62,855 nucleotides of DNA from an uncultured bacterium (lineage in GTDB: Bacteria > Patescibacteriota > Patescibacteriia > Patescibacteriales > UBA12465): NCBI GenBank assembly GCA_938003925.1, contig CALKWQ010000054.1, positions 1 through 62,855 on the forward strand. The letters are read 5' to 3'. This document shows, piece by piece, positions 27,552-36,768 of the stretch. A model generated the notes under the pieces. That model had not been told where the DNA came from. It did no database searches and worked only from the letters and a program-made list of their open reading frames with translations. The translations under genes and the position numbers were made by a program. How positions within the stretch are numbered: the first letter of the stretch is position 1; every line of letters begins with the position of its first letter.

Positions 27552-28841
27552 ATGAAAATTCAAAAAATTACTGCTTTAGAAATTCTAGATTCTCGTGGCA
27601 ACCCTACAGTTTCTGCTCGGGTAATTTTAGAAAATGGTATAAGTGGTGAAGCCGCAGTACCTTCGGGCGCTTCTACCGGCAGCTATGAAGCGGTGGAATT
27701 ACGAGATGGTGACCAGGCTCGATACCATGGCGCTGGTGTGATTAGTGCCATTGAAAATATTGAAAAGATAATCGCCCCAGCTTTAACTGGCTTTGATGCT
27801 AGTGATCAGGCTGGTTTGGATGCCGTCATGCTATCTTTAGATGGTACAGAGAATAAGGCTAAATTGGGTGCCAATGCTATTTTAGCCGTTTCTATGGCTT
27901 GCGCTCGTGCGGCGTCTGCTGCTTTGGGTCAACCATTATATCAATATCTGAATAAATTTAATCCAGATTTCGATGGTAAATATTATTTGCCCGTGCCCAT
28001 GATGAACGTTTTAAATGGCGGTAAGCACGCCGATTGGGCCACTGATATCCAGGAATATATGATTTTACCGGTAGGGGCGAAGAGTTTTGCCAGTGCTGTC
28101 AGAATGTGTGCAGAAATATATCAGGCTTTGAAAAAAATTCTTAAAGCCAAGCGCTATGCTATTAGTGTGGGCGATGAGGGAGGCTTTGCTCCAGCTTTTA
28201 GGAGCAACGAGGAACCTTTTCAGGTCTTGGCTGAAGCAGCCGTCGCTGCTGGTTACACCTTAGGCGAAGAAGTGGTCTTTGGCATTGACGCAGCTGCTAC
28301 TGAATTTTATCATGATGGCGTATATGAGCTGAAAAAAGAAGGTAAAAAGCTATCCAGTCAAGAGCTCATTACGTTTTATCAGGATTTAAGTGCGCGTCAT
28401 AAATTAGTGTCCTTTGAAGATGTTCTAGCCGAGGATGATTGGGATGGTTTTAAGCAGTTTACCGCAGCTTTTGCTCCCTTGTGCCAAATAGTCGGCGATG
28501 ATCTTTATGTGACTAATGTATCCCGTTTACAACGGGGTATTACTGAACGCAGTAGTAATTCTATTTTAATTAAGTTAAACCAAATAGGCACGCTAACTGA
28601 AACTATTGCCGCCATTGACTTAGCTAGAAAAAATGGATTAACGGCAGTCGTATCTCATCGAAGTGGTGAAACAGAAGATACGTTTATTGCCGATTTAGTC
28701 GTAGCTATGGGTACCGGCCAAATTAAGACGGGAGCTCCTTGCCGCAGTGAGCGCACAGCCAAATACAATAGATTGCTAACTATTGCTGCTGAATTAGGAG
28801 AAAAGGCAGAATATGCAGCCTTTCCATTTGCTGGTAGATAA
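27552..28841 (+). CDS. eno: Enolase
   Basis: [68 protein letters not shown]. Confidence 0.98.
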   Translation: MKIQKITALEILDSRGNPTVSARVILENGISGEAAVPSGASTGSYEAVELRDGDQARYHGAGVISAIENIEKIIAPALTGFDASDQAGLDAVMLSLDGTENKAKLGANAILAVSMACARAASAALGQPLYQYLNKFNPDFDGKYYLPVPMMNVLNGGKHADWATDIQEYMILPVGAKSFASAVRMCAEIYQALKKILKAKRYAISVGDEGGFAPAFRSNEEPFQVLAEAAVAAGYTLGEEVVFGIDAAATEFYHDGVYELKKEGKKLSSQELITFYQDLSARHKLVSFEDVLAEDDWDGFKQFTAAFAPLCQIVGDDLYVTNVSRLQRGITERSSNSILIKLNQIGTLTETIAAIDLARKNGLTAVVSHRSGETEDTFIADLVVAMGTGQIKTGAPCRSERTAKYNRLLTIAAELGEKAEYAAFPFAGR

Positions 28842-28844
28842 TAT

Positions 28845-28872
28845 TTAGAGGTGCCCGATGGGGCACCTCTAA
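28845..28872 (+). terminator. Strong hairpin after eno
   Basis: TTAGAGGTGCCC-GATG-GGGCACCTCTAA, 12-bp perfect stem with a weak U-tract. Confidence 0.6.
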
Positions 28873-28885
28873 GCTTATTGTGGTT

Positions 28886-29986
28886 ATGAAATATATATTT
28901 TTTGCTTTGAATATAATTGTAGATTTATGTGGTCATCTGCTGATGTTTTTAATTTGGCGCTATGCTTTTAATGTGACTGATATTTATATCCAGTTGGCAC
29001 TGGCCTTTATTCTGCTTACTGGAGTTTTTTTGACGGCAGTTGCGCCCCTATTAATCCACTGGCGTGATAATATTTTCAGTCGTTCGATTTATTTGGTAAC
29101 CGGACTCTGGTTAGGCTTTATGCTTAACACGGCTTTGGTGGCTGCTGTTTTCTGGTCACTGTCTGGATTGAGCTTACTGGGAGGTTATTTATCTTTGCCG
29201 TCTTTGCGATATTTAGCTTTTGGTGTTTTGCCGGTATTAATGTTGTTACCAGAGGCATGGTTAGCACAGGCTCACAAGATTAGGCGTTTAAATGTGAAGA
29301 TTAAAGATTTGCCGGATGCTTGGTCGGGGCGCGAAATCATTCATGTTTCCGACATTCATCTTGGACCTATTTGGCGACAACGTTTTTTTGATTTGTTGGT
29401 GAGCAAGGTTAATGATATTGGCGCAGACGCTATTTTTATCACTGGCGACTTATTTGACGGTATGGATGGCGATTTTTCTTGGTTTCATCAACGTAAATTT
29501 TTCGCTCCTCTAGGAGTTTACTACGCTTTTGGTAACCATGATTTAATTCTAGGAGAGGAAAAGGTTCGTCGTTTGCTGGATTCTTCTAATATTCAAGTAT
29601 TAGATAATGAGTTGCGTGAAGTGGCCGGCCTGCAAATACTGGGTTTGAGTTGTTATTATCAAGGACGTCTGGATGTAGAGGGTAAGATTTTATCACAACT
29701 GGGTTATGAGCCAGCTAAGCCAAGTATTTTGATGTATCATGAGCCTAAAGATGTTGAGGCGGCGCGTAAGGCGGGAATCAATTTGCAACTATCCGGACAT
29801 ACTCATGGCGGACAAATGTTTCCTTTTAACCTGGTGGCTCATTTACTTTATCGAGGTTTTGGTAGTGGTCTGTATTATTTGCATAATTTTGTGCTTTCAG
29901 TTAGTGTTGGTGCTGGTACCTGGGGGCCACCTTTACGTTTAGGTAGCCGTTCAGAAATTTTAGTCTTAAAATTATTAAAAGAGTAG
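28886..29986 (+). CDS. Membrane-bound metallophosphoesterase (YkuE-like)
   Basis: Four N-terminal TMs, then SDIH, TGDLFD, GNHD, MYHEP, SGHTHGGQ, GAGTWGPPLR. Confidence 0.9.
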   Translation: MKYIFFALNIIVDLCGHLLMFLIWRYAFNVTDIYIQLALAFILLTGVFLTAVAPLLIHWRDNIFSRSIYLVTGLWLGFMLNTALVAAVFWSLSGLSLLGGYLSLPSLRYLAFGVLPVLMLLPEAWLAQAHKIRRLNVKIKDLPDAWSGREIIHVSDIHLGPIWRQRFFDLLVSKVNDIGADAIFITGDLFDGMDGDFSWFHQRKFFAPLGVYYAFGNHDLILGEEKVRRLLDSSNIQVLDNELREVAGLQILGLSCYYQGRLDVEGKILSQLGYEPAKPSILMYHEPKDVEAARKAGINLQLSGHTHGGQMFPFNLVAHLLYRGFGSGLYYLHNFVLSVSVGAGTWGPPLRLGSRSEILVLKLLKE

Positions 29987-30024
29987 GTGTGAGCCTGCCT
30001 GTTTCTAATTACTCATTTGATTAT

Positions 30025-31038
30025 ATGGATTTATCAAAATTATCAAGCATCCTGCAGTCAGAGCCTAAGTTCCGTTTTCGTCAAGCTTATCAAGCACTGT
30101 ATCAAGATTTAATTAATGATTGGTCTCGGGCCAGTGTCTTGCCTTTATCTCTGCGTGAACGCTTGAATCAGGAATGCCCGTTGACGATTCAGTCGGAATT
30201 ACTGCAAGATGATCATGGCACCCGTAGCGAGAAAGCGCTCATTACTTTTGCTGATAAGGTGTCAGTGGAAACTGTTTTGATTAGACAACGTGGTGGTCGT
30301 TATACTGTCTGCTTATCTTCTCAGGCCGGCTGTCCTTTGGGTTGTTCCTTTTGTGCTACTGGTGCCGCTGGTTTTTTTCGTAATTTAGAGGCGGCGGAAA
30401 TTGTAGAGCAATTCATTTTCTGGGCTCGACGCTTACATCATCGGGCAGAGGCCGACAAGATTGATAATGTAGTGTTTATGGGTATGGGCGAGCCTTTTTT
30501 AAACTACGAGCAGTTTATTAAGGCAGTGAAGACCTTGCACGATCCGGAGAAATTTAATTTTGGCTCCAGGAGAATGTCAGTATCTACGGCCGGCATTACT
30601 GAAGGTATTAAAAAATTAGCGGCGGAAAAATTGCAAGTTAATCTAGCTATTTCTCTGCACGCCGCAGTTGATTCTCTGCGCGAACAATTAATGCCTATTG
30701 GCAAGAAATACAAAATAGAGACCATCTTGCGGGCGGTAGACGATTATATTAACAAGACTGGTCGGCGGGTAATGTTTGAGTATATTATGATTAGGAATGT
30801 TAATGATGGCGATGATGATGCTGCTGCCTTAGCTCAGATTATGAAAAAACCCCTGTATTTGGTCAATCTTATCCCATACAATCCTACCGGTAAATTTCAA
30901 GCTTCTTCTCCAGCGAGAATTACAGCTTTTAAAGAAAAACTAGAAGCAGCTGGAATAGCGGTAACTCAACGCCATAGCCAGGGGCAGGGGATTAGCGCCG
31001 CTTGCGGGCAGTTGGCCGGCAAAAAGAATAAACGTTAA
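30025..31038 (+). CDS. rlmN: 23S rRNA/tRNA m2A radical-SAM methyltransferase
   Basis: VCLSSQAGCPLGCSFC, VVFMGMGEP, LAISLHA, VNLIPYN, ISAACGQL. Start moved to ATG 30025. Confidence 0.95.
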   Translation: MDLSKLSSILQSEPKFRFRQAYQALYQDLINDWSRASVLPLSLRERLNQECPLTIQSELLQDDHGTRSEKALITFADKVSVETVLIRQRGGRYTVCLSSQAGCPLGCSFCATGAAGFFRNLEAAEIVEQFIFWARRLHHRAEADKIDNVVFMGMGEPFLNYEQFIKAVKTLHDPEKFNFGSRRMSVSTAGITEGIKKLAAEKLQVNLAISLHAAVDSLREQLMPIGKKYKIETILRAVDDYINKTGRRVMFEYIMIRNVNDGDDDAAALAQIMKKPLYLVNLIPYNPTGKFQASSPARITAFKEKLEAAGIAVTQRHSQGQGISAACGQLAGKKNKR

Positions 31039-31051
31039 ATTTCTTGAATAT

Positions 31052-31097
31052 AAAAAAATAACCGCACATCTCCTTTTTTTAGAAGACGTGCGGTTTT
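31052..31097. terminator. Terminator between convergent rlmN and the 294-aa gene
   Basis: On the minus strand a 14-bp stem with two G-U pairs (AACCGCACGTCTTC/GGAGATGTGCGGTT) then ATTTTTTT; T-tract also on the plus strand. Confidence 0.75.
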
Positions 31098-31982
31098 TTA
31101 TTGTTTGAGAGTGGAGAATGATTGCCGGAGCAATCTGATAATAGTTTTATGGGGGCCAACTAAGATGGCCTCATGAGGGTCCCCCTTCTTTAAATTAAGC
31201 AGGTTGCGCAAATTTATTTCGCGCGAACCCAACCAGGTGTATTCTTTGGTATTGCCATTAGGCGTCTTTTGGCGGTATTGAATTATGCCTAGGTAGGGCG
31301 AGATAGACAGTGTTTTTATTTTTAGAGCATCTAGGTCTACGCCTTCCGCAATTTGGTGTAAATAACAACTGGCAATTTCTCGTCCTGCCACAGTTACCAA
31401 GTCGCTGTTTAGCTCTATTTTATTCTGCGCTTTTTTAGTAACTATTTTTACAACACTATTGTAGTAGTTCTGTAATGCAGTTATAACTGCGCTCTGTTTT
31501 TGCGATGCTATTTCCATAGCAGCCTCTATTAAAGAGAAGCTAAATGTTTTTGGATTGCGCCGGTGTTCGGCTTGAATGCGGGCAGCTTCTAGTGCTTCGC
31601 CATAGCGCCTGGCGATGTTGTTATGCTCCCAAGTTTCAGGGTGGCGCACATCGCGCGCATCTGCAATTAGCTCCCTAGACAGCCGCCGCAATATTTCCTG
31701 GGCACCTTCGCCCTTATTCTCTGTCTGTATTTTGACGTTGTTAACGTCTTGCAAACTGAGAACGCCAGTAATTCTTGGTCCTTGTAAGTAAGAATACGTG
31801 TTCATATCTACAAAGCTTGGATTATCAGGGAAGATATCTAGCAGCACTAGGCTGTCAGCGTCTAGGTCCCACAGCTCTTCCATGGAAGAGGCGGGAACAA
31901 CTTTGTAGCCGGCTATAATGGCGGCTGCCAAAGCGAAAGGAATGCTCTTTTCCTTAGGATGAAACAATAATACCTTTTCCAT
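31098..31982 (-). CDS. Hypothetical cytoplasmic protein, possibly a degenerate DHH/DHHA1 fold
   Basis: 294-aa standalone ORF with its own terminator; alpha/beta N-terminus, helical middle, alpha/beta C-terminus. Family unconfirmed. Confidence 0.7.
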   Translation of the reverse strand: MEKVLLFHPKEKSIPFALAAAIIAGYKVVPASSMEELWDLDADSLVLLDIFPDNPSFVDMNTYSYLQGPRITGVLSLQDVNNVKIQTENKGEGAQEILRRLSRELIADARDVRHPETWEHNNIARRYGEALEAARIQAEHRRNPKTFSFSLIEAAMEIASQKQSAVITALQNYYNSVVKIVTKKAQNKIELNSDLVTVAGREIASCYLHQIAEGVDLDALKIKTLSISPYLGIIQYRQKTPNGNTKEYTWLGSREINLRNLLNLKKGDPHEAILVGPHKTIIRLLRQSFSTLKQ

Positions 31983-32184
31983 TGTTATGAGTTTTTAAGT
32001 TGTAATTAACTGTTAGTATATTGGCACATTAATTGATTTATGTCAATATTAGCCTTTTTTAGAGATTAAATTACTAATATTAAGCAAATTAAATAGTTAG
32101 AAATAGTTTTTAACTATATTAGGCTTCTCGGTCATTATTTGTTATAATAAAAGGACTTATTAATTAATTTTTTATTATAAATAT

Positions 32185-32781
32185 ATGTTTACTTTACAAG
32201 CTTTGCCTTTTGCTCTTAATGATCTGGAGCCACATATCTCTGCGCGAACTTTGGAATTTCATTATGGCAAACATCATCAGACTTATGTTGATAACTTGAA
32301 TAAGTTTGTGTCGGGCACCGATTTAGAGTCACTATCGTTGGTAGAAATTATTAACACTAGCGTCAATAAGCCTGAACAGGCTGGAATTTTTAATAATGCT
32401 GCCCAGGTTTATAATCATGATTTTTTCTGGGCCAGCTTACGACCGGCGGGGCAATCAATGTCTGTTCCCGAGAGTTTAATGACTTTAATTGTCAGAGATT
32501 TTTCTTCGTTGGAGCAACTGATGGAAGAATTTAAGACGGCGGCTTTGGGTCAGTTTGGTAGTGGCTGGGCTTGGTTAGTGTTAGCGGATGATAAATTAAA
32601 GATTATGAAAACCGCTAATGCGGACACGGCTTTCTTGCACGGCGTCAAACCGCTCTTAGTTTTGGACGTTTGGGAGCACGCTTATTATTTAGATTATCAG
32701 AATCGCCGCGGTGATTTTGCTGTTGCTGTATTGGCTAATTTGTTAAATTGGGAATTTGCTGCGAAGAACGCTGGCCTATAA
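32185..32781 (+). CDS. sodB: Fe/Mn superoxide dismutase with Fe-type signature
   Basis: HYGKHHQTY, NNAAQVYNHDFFW, FGSGWAWL, DVWEHAYYLDYQN. Confidence 0.93.
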   Translation: MFTLQALPFALNDLEPHISARTLEFHYGKHHQTYVDNLNKFVSGTDLESLSLVEIINTSVNKPEQAGIFNNAAQVYNHDFFWASLRPAGQSMSVPESLMTLIVRDFSSLEQLMEEFKTAALGQFGSGWAWLVLADDKLKIMKTANADTAFLHGVKPLLVLDVWEHAYYLDYQNRRGDFAVAVLANLLNWEFAAKNAGL

Positions 32782-32785
32782 GTTT

Positions 32786-33457
32786 ATGAAAAAGAACCCT
32801 TATACCCGTCTCCAGCCAAAGACTCGCGAACCATACACTGTAATTTATTTAATTCGTCACGCTAACTCTGATTATCGCTTGGAAAAAAAATTAGGCGATC
32901 ACCTCATGCCTCTATCAACTGCCGGCAAGAAGCAAGCTAAATTTTTAGCTGCTCGTTTGGGTAAGTTAGGTATAAATGTTGTGTACGCCAGTTCTTTGGC
33001 GCGGGCTCAAGAAACCGCTTCTATTTTTACCAATAGTAATAATTTGAATATTCAGGTAGACGCGCGTTTGGACGAAATTGATTGGAAGGATTGGCATCGG
33101 GTAAAATATTTTCGCACTTCCGAAGAGCGTCGTAGTCAATATCTGCCCGGCTACCATTATTTGGATCGACAACTAGATAAAAGCCAGGCGCTTACCCGTC
33201 GCTTTTTGGCTGATGTTTTTAAGCGTCATCGTGGTAGTAGTGTTGCCCTCTTTTGCCATGGCAATATTATCAAGACTTTTTTAACTGGGATTATGAACGC
33301 TGATGTGCTTGGATTCCTGTCATTAGAAATTTACCAAGCCTCGATTAGTAAGTTGGTGATTGATCGCGACGGTTATGTTAAAATCGGTTTTATTAATGAT
33401 GCTACCCATTTACCCAAGCCACCTTTGGAAGATATTTTTATTACCTTGGTAGATTAA
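32786..33457 (+). CDS. Histidine phosphatase superfamily protein
   Basis: YLIRHA, LSTAGKKQA, YASSLARAQETA, LDEID, LFCHGNII. Start moved to ATG 32786. Confidence 0.88.
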   Translation: MKKNPYTRLQPKTREPYTVIYLIRHANSDYRLEKKLGDHLMPLSTAGKKQAKFLAARLGKLGINVVYASSLARAQETASIFTNSNNLNIQVDARLDEIDWKDWHRVKYFRTSEERRSQYLPGYHYLDRQLDKSQALTRRFLADVFKRHRGSSVALFCHGNIIKTFLTGIMNADVLGFLSLEIYQASISKLVIDRDGYVKIGFINDATHLPKPPLEDIFITLVD

Positions 33458-33461
33458 AATT

Positions 33462-34937
33462 ATGCTAAGGAGTTTAAGACTCACAACTTACGTTATTTGT
33501 TTGACTGGTTTATGGTTGTTAATTATACCAACTGGTGCGGCTAACGCTGAGACTATTGCTAATCGTTTGTCCGGTCGTATCTTATTGCAGGTTCAGTCTC
33601 AGGGGGAGGCTTGGTATGTTTATCCGGTGAATAAACAACGCTATTACTTAGGTCGACCAGCTGACGCTTTTACGGTGATGCGTTCTCTGGGTTTGGGGGT
33701 GAGCGAAAATGATTACAAGACCTTGTCTAAGAACGGGGCGCCCAAGTTATCTGGCAGGATACTACTACGCGTTCAAGCTACGGGTGAAGCTTATTATGTT
33801 AATCCCACGGATCAACGCTTGTATTACTTAGGTCGACCAGCCGACGCTTTTGCGGTGATGCGCCGTTTTGGCCTAGGTGTCAGCAATCAAGATTTAGACA
33901 AAATTACTCCCTTTGTTACTGCCACTAGCGTTGCCCCAGTCCAAACGGATGGTAGCCATGTTTATACTTGGACCTATCAAAATAAAAGTTATCATCTTAA
34001 TGCCAATCTCAGTTCTAGTTTGTATCAGTCTTACAGTTCTAGTTCCAAAGTTTTTACGTACTATGTTGGCCAGGAACCGGCAGATATGCGTGAGGCTTTT
34101 TACGGTTTATTTTTAAAGGTTAAAACTGAAGACAATCAAACTGGAGCAGTGTTAGCTTCTTTGCGCCGTCAAGCCGCTGATTTAGGCTTAACCTCAGACC
34201 AGACAGTTGCTTTTATTATGGCCTTTATTCAGTATTTGCCCTACGACCATGCTAAGATAGAATCCGGCAGCAACACTCCTTATTATCCTTTTGAAACTCT
34301 ATATTTACAAAAGGGCGTGTGCGCAGATAAAAGTTTTTTAGCAGTTTTATGGCTGAGAAGTCTTGGTTATGGAGCGGCTATATTAGATTTTCCAGAGAGT
34401 AATCATTCAGCTGCCGGCGTTGCTTGCCCGATAGCCGATTCTTTAAGCTCCTCTGGTTATTGCTATATTGAGACTACTAATTATTTTCCTGTAGGCATCG
34501 TCCCGCCAGCCATTAAAAATGGTCAGGCAGATAATAGGGAGGAGAATCTTGCCGATTTATTTAAAGCTGATCAACTTGGTCGAATGGATATTAAACAGAA
34601 AAGTGCGGGTAAGATTTATCAAGGTATTACCAATCTTAAAGCCGAAGTGTCGTCTCTACAAACAGAAAGATTGACTCTAAATGCCTCTCAATTAAATTTA
34701 AAGCAGCTTAGTGTTGAATTGGATGATGCTTATCAGTCTTTGCGGGAAAAGGAGGCGGTTTTATTGGGATACAAAAGCGCTGGCGACTGGGCTACTTATA
34801 ACAGTTTGGTGGCGGCTTATAACGATGAAGTAGCAGCTTATCAAGTTCAGGCTAGCGCTTATGAACAGGCGGTGTCAGCGTATAATGGTGCTGTGACCGC
34901 TTTTAATCAACACTATCGCTCTTTTTATCAACAATAA
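33462..34937 (+). CDS. Exported transglutaminase-like (Cys-His) protein with two N-terminal 60-aa repeats and a C-terminal coiled coil
   Basis: Signal peptide; repeats GRILL(Q/R)V..GEA(W/Y)YV.P...YYLGRPADAF; core FIQYLPYD, YPFETL, GVCADKS, NHSAAG, YIETT. Confidence 0.75.
   Translation: MLRSLRLTTYVICLTGLWLLIIPTGAANAETIANRLSGRILLQVQSQGEAWYVYPVNKQRYYLGRPADAFTVMRSLGLGVSENDYKTLSKNGAPKLSGRILLRVQATGEAYYVNPTDQRLYYLGRPADAFAVMRRFGLGVSNQDLDKITPFVTATSVAPVQTDGSHVYTWTYQNKSYHLNANLSSSLYQSYSSSSKVFTYYVGQEPADMREAFYGLFLKVKTEDNQTGAVLASLRRQAADLGLTSDQTVAFIMAFIQYLPYDHAKIESGSNTPYYPFETLYLQKGVCADKSFLAVLWLRSLGYGAAILDFPESNHSAAGVACPIADSLSSSGYCYIETTNYFPVGIVPPAIKNGQADNREENLADLFKADQLGRMDIKQKSAGKIYQGITNLKAEVSSLQTERLTLNASQLNLKQLSVELDDAYQSLREKEAVLLGYKSAGDWATYNSLVAAYNDEVAAYQVQASAYEQAVSAYNGAVTAFNQHYRSFYQQ
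33573..33905 (+). repeat. Two intragenic ~180-nt tandem repeats (60-codon period)
   Basis: Units start at 33573 and 33753 and share TATTACTTAGGTCGACCAGCYGACGCTTTT. Confidence 0.9.
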
Positions 34938-34975
34938 TTTATTTATTATTAGCCTATAAAATTCCAATAGATTGC

Positions 34976-35004
34976 TTGACAGTCTCATTTTTTTAGGCTA
35001 TTAT
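34976..35004 (+). promoter_or_regulatory. Sigma70 promoter of rpsB-tsf
   Basis: TTGACA (34976-34981), 17 nt, TATTAT (34999-35004). Confidence 0.75.
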
Positions 35005-35163
35005 TAAGTATATTATAAAAGCGAATTGCTCGCTTTTATTTATTGTTTTAAAAAATATTAATATGTCACGTCGGCATAATTTTTCTTGGTTTATATCTTA
35101 AACAAAAGATATGAATTAGTCGGCGGAAGTCCTGTTTTTATAAACGGGAGACAAAGAAAATCT

Positions 35164-35859
35164 ATGGTTAAATTACCAAGTTTAGAAGAGATGTTAAAAG
35201 CAGGTATGCACTTTGGTCATCGGACTCATCGTTGGCATCCGAAAATGAAACCCTACATTTTTGCCGCTAAAAATGGCATTTATGTAATTGATTTAGAAAA
35301 GAGCCGACAAATGTTGGAGGAGGCTTTAAACTTCATGTCTCAACTTATTAAGGAGGGTAAATCAGTTTTATTTGTTGGCACTAAAAGTCAGGTTAAGGCT
35401 CCTATGAAGAAAATGGCAGAAATGACAGGTCAGCCTTACATTGTTGGTAAATGGCTTGGTGGCTATTTAACCAATTTTACCGTAGTTAAGAAATCAGTGA
35501 AGAAATATCAAGAATTAATGGAAAAGCGAGATGCTGGTAAATTAGATAAGTATACTAAGAAGGAGCGTCTTGATTTTGATCGCGAAATCAAACGGTTGGC
35601 TGAGCGCGTAGGCGGTTTAACTTCTTTAAATAAGATGCCCGATGCTGTCTTTGTCTGGGATATTAAAGAAGAAGAGACCGCAGTAGCAGAAGCTCGCAAG
35701 AAAAACATCCCGGTGATTGCTATTTGTGACACTAATGTTAATCCCGAGTTAGTTAATTATCCTATTCCGGCTAACGATGATGCCACTAAGACTGTCAAAT
35801 TAATCTTGGAAGTGATTCAGTCAGCAATCATTGATGCCAAGAAAGATTTAAAAAATTAA
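35164..35859 (+). CDS. rpsB: 30S ribosomal protein S2
   Basis: GMHFGHRTHRWHPKMKPYI, LFVGTK, KWLGGYLTNF, ICDTNVNP, PANDDA. Start moved to ATG 35164. Confidence 0.98.
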   Translation: MVKLPSLEEMLKAGMHFGHRTHRWHPKMKPYIFAAKNGIYVIDLEKSRQMLEEALNFMSQLIKEGKSVLFVGTKSQVKAPMKKMAEMTGQPYIVGKWLGGYLTNFTVVKKSVKKYQELMEKRDAGKLDKYTKKERLDFDREIKRLAERVGGLTSLNKMPDAVFVWDIKEEETAVAEARKKNIPVIAICDTNVNPELVNYPIPANDDATKTVKLILEVIQSAIIDAKKDLKN

Positions 35860-35907
35860 ACAGCTGCTGGGAAGGAGGGATAATCGTCCTGCAGCCTTAA
35901 TAATCAT

Positions 35908-36702
35908 ATGGAATTAATTAAGCAGTTAAGAGAAATGACCGGCGCCGGTATGGTTGATTGTAAGAAGGCTTTAGATGAAGCTAACAATGATTTACAATTA
36001 GCCGTAGAAATATTACGTAAGAAAGGTATCGCTAAGGCCGCTAAGCGTACTGACCGCGACACCAATGAGGGCGTGGTAAAAGTGGCTATCAATGATGCTG
36101 GTAATGAAGCTTATATCTTTGAATTGACTTCAGAAACAGACTTTGTGGCTCGCAATGAAAAATTTCAAGGTTTCGCTGATGAAGTTATGTCTTTAGCCTT
36201 GTCAGCTCAACCCGCTGATCTTGAGTCTTTATTAGCTTTACCTATGACTCAAGGCGATGTCAAAGAAAATCTGGCCAACTTAAGTGGTACTATTGGTGAA
36301 AAGATGGAAATTCGTCGTTTTGGCCGTCTTCAGGGTTCTAGTTTGGCCGCCTATTCTCATTTAGGTGGCAAGCTTGGTGTGTTGGTAGCCTTGGATCAGA
36401 CTGAAAAACAGGAATTAGCTATGGAAATCGCTATGCAGGTAGCTGCAGCTAATCCCAAATACTTAGAGTCCACTGAGGTTCCGGTAGAGGAATTAAATAA
36501 AGAAAAAGAAATTTATCGTGAGCAGTTATTAAAAGAGGGCAAGCCGGAAGCTATGGTAGAAAAGATTCTGGAAGGGAAGACCGGCAAGTATTACGGTGAA
36601 GTATGCTTAGTGGAGCAAGAATTTATCAAGGATGACAAGAAGAAAGTCAAAGATATTTTAGGCGGTGCTAAAATCTTAGCTTTTTTGCGCTTTGCTCTGT
36701 AA
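35908..36702 (+). CDS. tsf: Elongation factor Ts
   Basis: IKQLREMTGAGMVDCKKAL, ELTSETDFVARN, GEKMEIRRF, LVEQEFIKD. Confidence 0.98.
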   Translation: MELIKQLREMTGAGMVDCKKALDEANNDLQLAVEILRKKGIAKAAKRTDRDTNEGVVKVAINDAGNEAYIFELTSETDFVARNEKFQGFADEVMSLALSAQPADLESLLALPMTQGDVKENLANLSGTIGEKMEIRRFGRLQGSSLAAYSHLGGKLGVLVALDQTEKQELAMEIAMQVAAANPKYLESTEVPVEELNKEKEIYREQLLKEGKPEAMVEKILEGKTGKYYGEVCLVEQEFIKDDKKKVKDILGGAKILAFLRFAL

Positions 36703-36768
36703 TTTAATAGTGAAATAAGGTGAGCCGCGTGTCCGTTTTAGTCGGATTAACGCGGCTTTCCCGTTTTT

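Noticed and set aside
32040-32184. Fur/PerR-type operator upstream of sodB (ATAGTTA...TAACTAT, TTATAATAA)
   Set aside because: Only half-site matches in very AT-rich DNA, and no regulator gene in the window.
4695-36756. Family of interrupted CCG...CGG hairpins (4695, 31060, 36724) resembling integron attC sites or REP elements
   Set aside because: No RYYYAAC/GTTRRRY cores, no shared sequence beyond a few bases and no integrase. G-U asymmetry and U-tracts fit ordinary terminators.
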